A stretch of 64,000 bases of DNA. Source: Candidatus Eiseniibacteriota bacterium. Lineage in GTDB: Bacteria > Eisenbacteria > RBG-16-71-46 > CAVPCR01. How positions within the stretch are numbered: the first letter of the stretch is position 1; each line of letters opens with the position of its first letter. Shown one piece after another: positions 62,195 to 64,000 of this stretch. The translations under genes and the position numbers were made by a program. The stretch lies in contig CAWGMA010000003.1 of NCBI GenBank assembly GCA_963823555.1, positions 320,001-384,000 on the forward strand, in the 5' to 3' direction. The notes under the pieces are model-generated. The model was not told where the DNA came from. It saw only the letters and a program-made list of their open reading frames with translations, and searched no databases.

Positions 62195-64000
62195 ATGGCG
62201 CGCTTTCGCGACACGGCTTTCTACCAAGTCTACCTGTGGCTGACCTCGGTCAAGCTGACCGTGGTCCTGCTTGCGATCATCCTCATCGCCCTCATCGCGG
62301 GCACGGTCTTCGAAGCCAACCGCGGTACGGCGGCCGCCCAGTTCCTCTTCTACAACTCCCGCTGGTTCGACGCGCTGCTCATCTTCTTCGCGATCAATCT
62401 GACGTGCTGCACCATTCGCCGCTTCAAGCGCCGGTTATCGCAGATCGGTTTCATCACCACGCATATCGGCGTGATGGTGATTCTCATCGGCGGTCTCATG
62501 AGCCGCAACATGAAGATCGAGGGGCAGCTCATCATTCCCGAGGGCGAATCGAGGAGCTCCATCCTCCTCAGTGACAATGTGCTGACCGTGAGCACGTTGA
62601 TGAACGGCGAGCGCGTGACGCGCGAGTACGATACGCATTACGACAAGCTCGGCGGGCGCACCGAGGTCCAAGATGTGTTCCGCGTGCCGGAAGGCGATAT
62701 CGAGCTCGTGGTCGACCGCTTCTATCCCGACTTCCGCGCCGAGGACAAGCTCGAGGACACCAACCCCGAGCGCAATCCGGCGCTCGAGTTCGTGGTGCAC
62801 GGCTTCGGGGGCGAGCAGACGACGGCCATCTTCGCCGATTCGAAGCTGAGCCGGCAGCCCGGTGTGGCGCCCGTCACCATGAGCTTCGTCGAGGCTCCGG
62901 ACGCCGCCGCCATGGAGCGAGAGCTGGGGCCGCGGGGTCCGGAGACGAGCTCGGGGCTGGGTCAAGTCCAGGTGGAGCTCACGACCGGAACCAAGCTCCA
63001 GATCCCGGTCGACGGGGGTCTCGGGCGGCCGCACTCGCCGCCGGGTTCAAGCATCCAGGTGACCATCGAGGCCTTCTACCCGCATTTCCTCTTCACCGGC
63101 CAGGAGTACTCGAGCCGTTCGCCGGCGATGGCGAACCCCGCGGTCGTGGTCGATGTCACCGGTCCGGGTGGCATCCATGAGCGCCATCTCCTCTTCAGTG
63201 ACAACCCGGATGTCAACGTCAACCACCGCGATGGCGGCGAACTGACCAAGGCCGTGACCTATCGCCGTGAGAGCGGCGTCCCGGAGATCGCCGGCGAGGT
63301 CAAGTTCATCCGTGGACCGGATGGCGCGATCCACTTCGTTGCCCGCGGCGCCGGGGGCAAGGACGGCGCCGTGAGACAGGGCACGATCGCCATCGACAGC
63401 GAGGCCGGCTACCCGGAGACGGGGAGTACCTTCAAGCTGGCGCGCGTGCTCGACCACGCGCGCTTCGAGCAGCGCGTGTGGAATGCGGGGCGCGAGGCCC
63501 GCAACCCGGCGTTGCATGCGACGCTCCGGAGCGGCGAGGAGGAGCGCTCGCTGTGGGTGGGTGTCGGCGCTGCGCGCGAGATCATGCTCGGCGACATCCC
63601 CGTCGTCCTCGATTACGGCGCCAAGCAGCATGCCCTCGGGTTCAACGTCAAGCTCGAGGACTTCCGCGAGATCAACTATCCCGGGATCAGCATGGCGCAG
63701 TCCTTCGAGTCCGATGTCATCGTCACCGCGCCGGACAAGACGTTCTCCCGTATGATCTCGATGAACAACCCGCTCAAGGTCCATGGCTACAAACTATTCC
63801 AGTCGAGCTTCCAGCGTGGGGCGCGCGAGACCTCCATCTTCTCGGTGGCGCGGGACCCCGGTGTTCCCGTCGTGTATGCCGGAAGCCTCATTCTCGTGGT
63901 GGGTTTGATTCTGATCTTCTTCGTGAAGCCCTATCTGATCCGTACGGGATCGGAGCGGGGTGTCGTGCCGCCCGGTGAAGGCGCAGCAGGGGTGGCGGAT
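62195..64000 (+). CDS. cytochrome c biogenesis protein ResB/CcsB-like (runs off window end)
   Basis: Not in ORF track; I translated MARFRD...LTSVKLTVVLL...GT..E...YNSRWF...THIG...ISMNNPL..GYKLFQSSF...DPGVPVVYAG, with both ends in the same frame. Confidence 0.85.
   Translation, partial: MARFRDTAFYQVYLWLTSVKLTVVLLAIILIALIAGTVFEANRGTAAAQFLFYNSRWFDALLIFFAINLTCCTIRRFKRRLSQIGFITTHIGVMVILIGGLMSRNMKIEGQLIIPEGESRSSILLSDNVLTVSTLMNGERVTREYDTHYDKLGGRTEVQDVFRVPEGDIELVVDRFYPDFRAEDKLEDTNPERNPALEFVVHGFGGEQTTAIFADSKLSRQPGVAPVTMSFVEAPDAAAMERELGPRGPETSSGLGQVQVELTTGTKLQIPVDGGLGRPHSPPGSSIQVTIEAFYPHFLFTGQEYSSRSPAMANPAVVVDVTGPGGIHERHLLFSDNPDVNVNHRDGGELTKAVTYRRESGVPEIAGEVKFIRGPDGAIHFVARGAGGKDGAVRQGTIAIDSEAGYPETGSTFKLARVLDHARFEQRVWNAGREARNPALHATLRSGEEERSLWVGVGAAREIMLGDIPVVLDYGAKQHALGFNVKLEDFREINYPGISMAQSFESDVIVTAPDKTFSRMISMNNPLKVHGYKLFQSSFQRGARETSIFSVARDPGVPVVYAGSLILVVGLILIFFVKPYLIRTGSERGVVPPGEGAAGVAD

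Overview
GC-rich (roughly 70% by eye), gene-dense bacterial chromosome segment. Four secreted proteins carry C-terminal FlgD-Ig/T9SS-type-A-like tails, which suggests an FCB-superphylum candidate phylum such as Eisenbacteria, Krumholzibacteriota or Latescibacterota (inference only). In order: qor, 2Fe-2S ferredoxin, a NikR-controlled ECF nickel transporter (nikR-nikMN-nikQ-nikO) with a clear operator, an esterase, an FAD/NAD oxidoreductase, fbaB, DUF420/SCO, an LPG-flippase-like protein and lipA-lpdA-E1beta. Next is a hidden UGA-containing (selenocysteine, UxxC) redoxin lipoprotein with a SECIS-like hairpin, followed by a secreted lipase-like hydrolase, maeB, gpmA-E2 and a regulatory-domain-less sigma54 activator. 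A group 1 O2-tolerant-type [NiFe] hydrogenase and hyp cluster follows; its large subunit has three +1 insertions, probably a strain-mixture consensus artefact, and the cluster is interrupted by an oppositely oriented double-DUF222-like HNH endonuclease gene. Then come a type IV minor-pilin operon (with a pilin-FG-GAP propeller fusion) and a DUF2723 glycosyltransferase, a DnaJ/CbpA gene, a minimal cheA-cheW-MCP trio, secreted GH32-like and PKD/beta-helix proteins, adenosine deaminase, a lipoprotein, DUF4097, GNAT, Gfo/Idh/MocA, a stand-alone MshEN-repeat protein, Mrp/ApbC, an M28 peptidase and a ResB-like gene running off the right end. No rRNA, tRNA, CRISPR array or transposase was seen. All family assignments come from motif recognition, not database searches.
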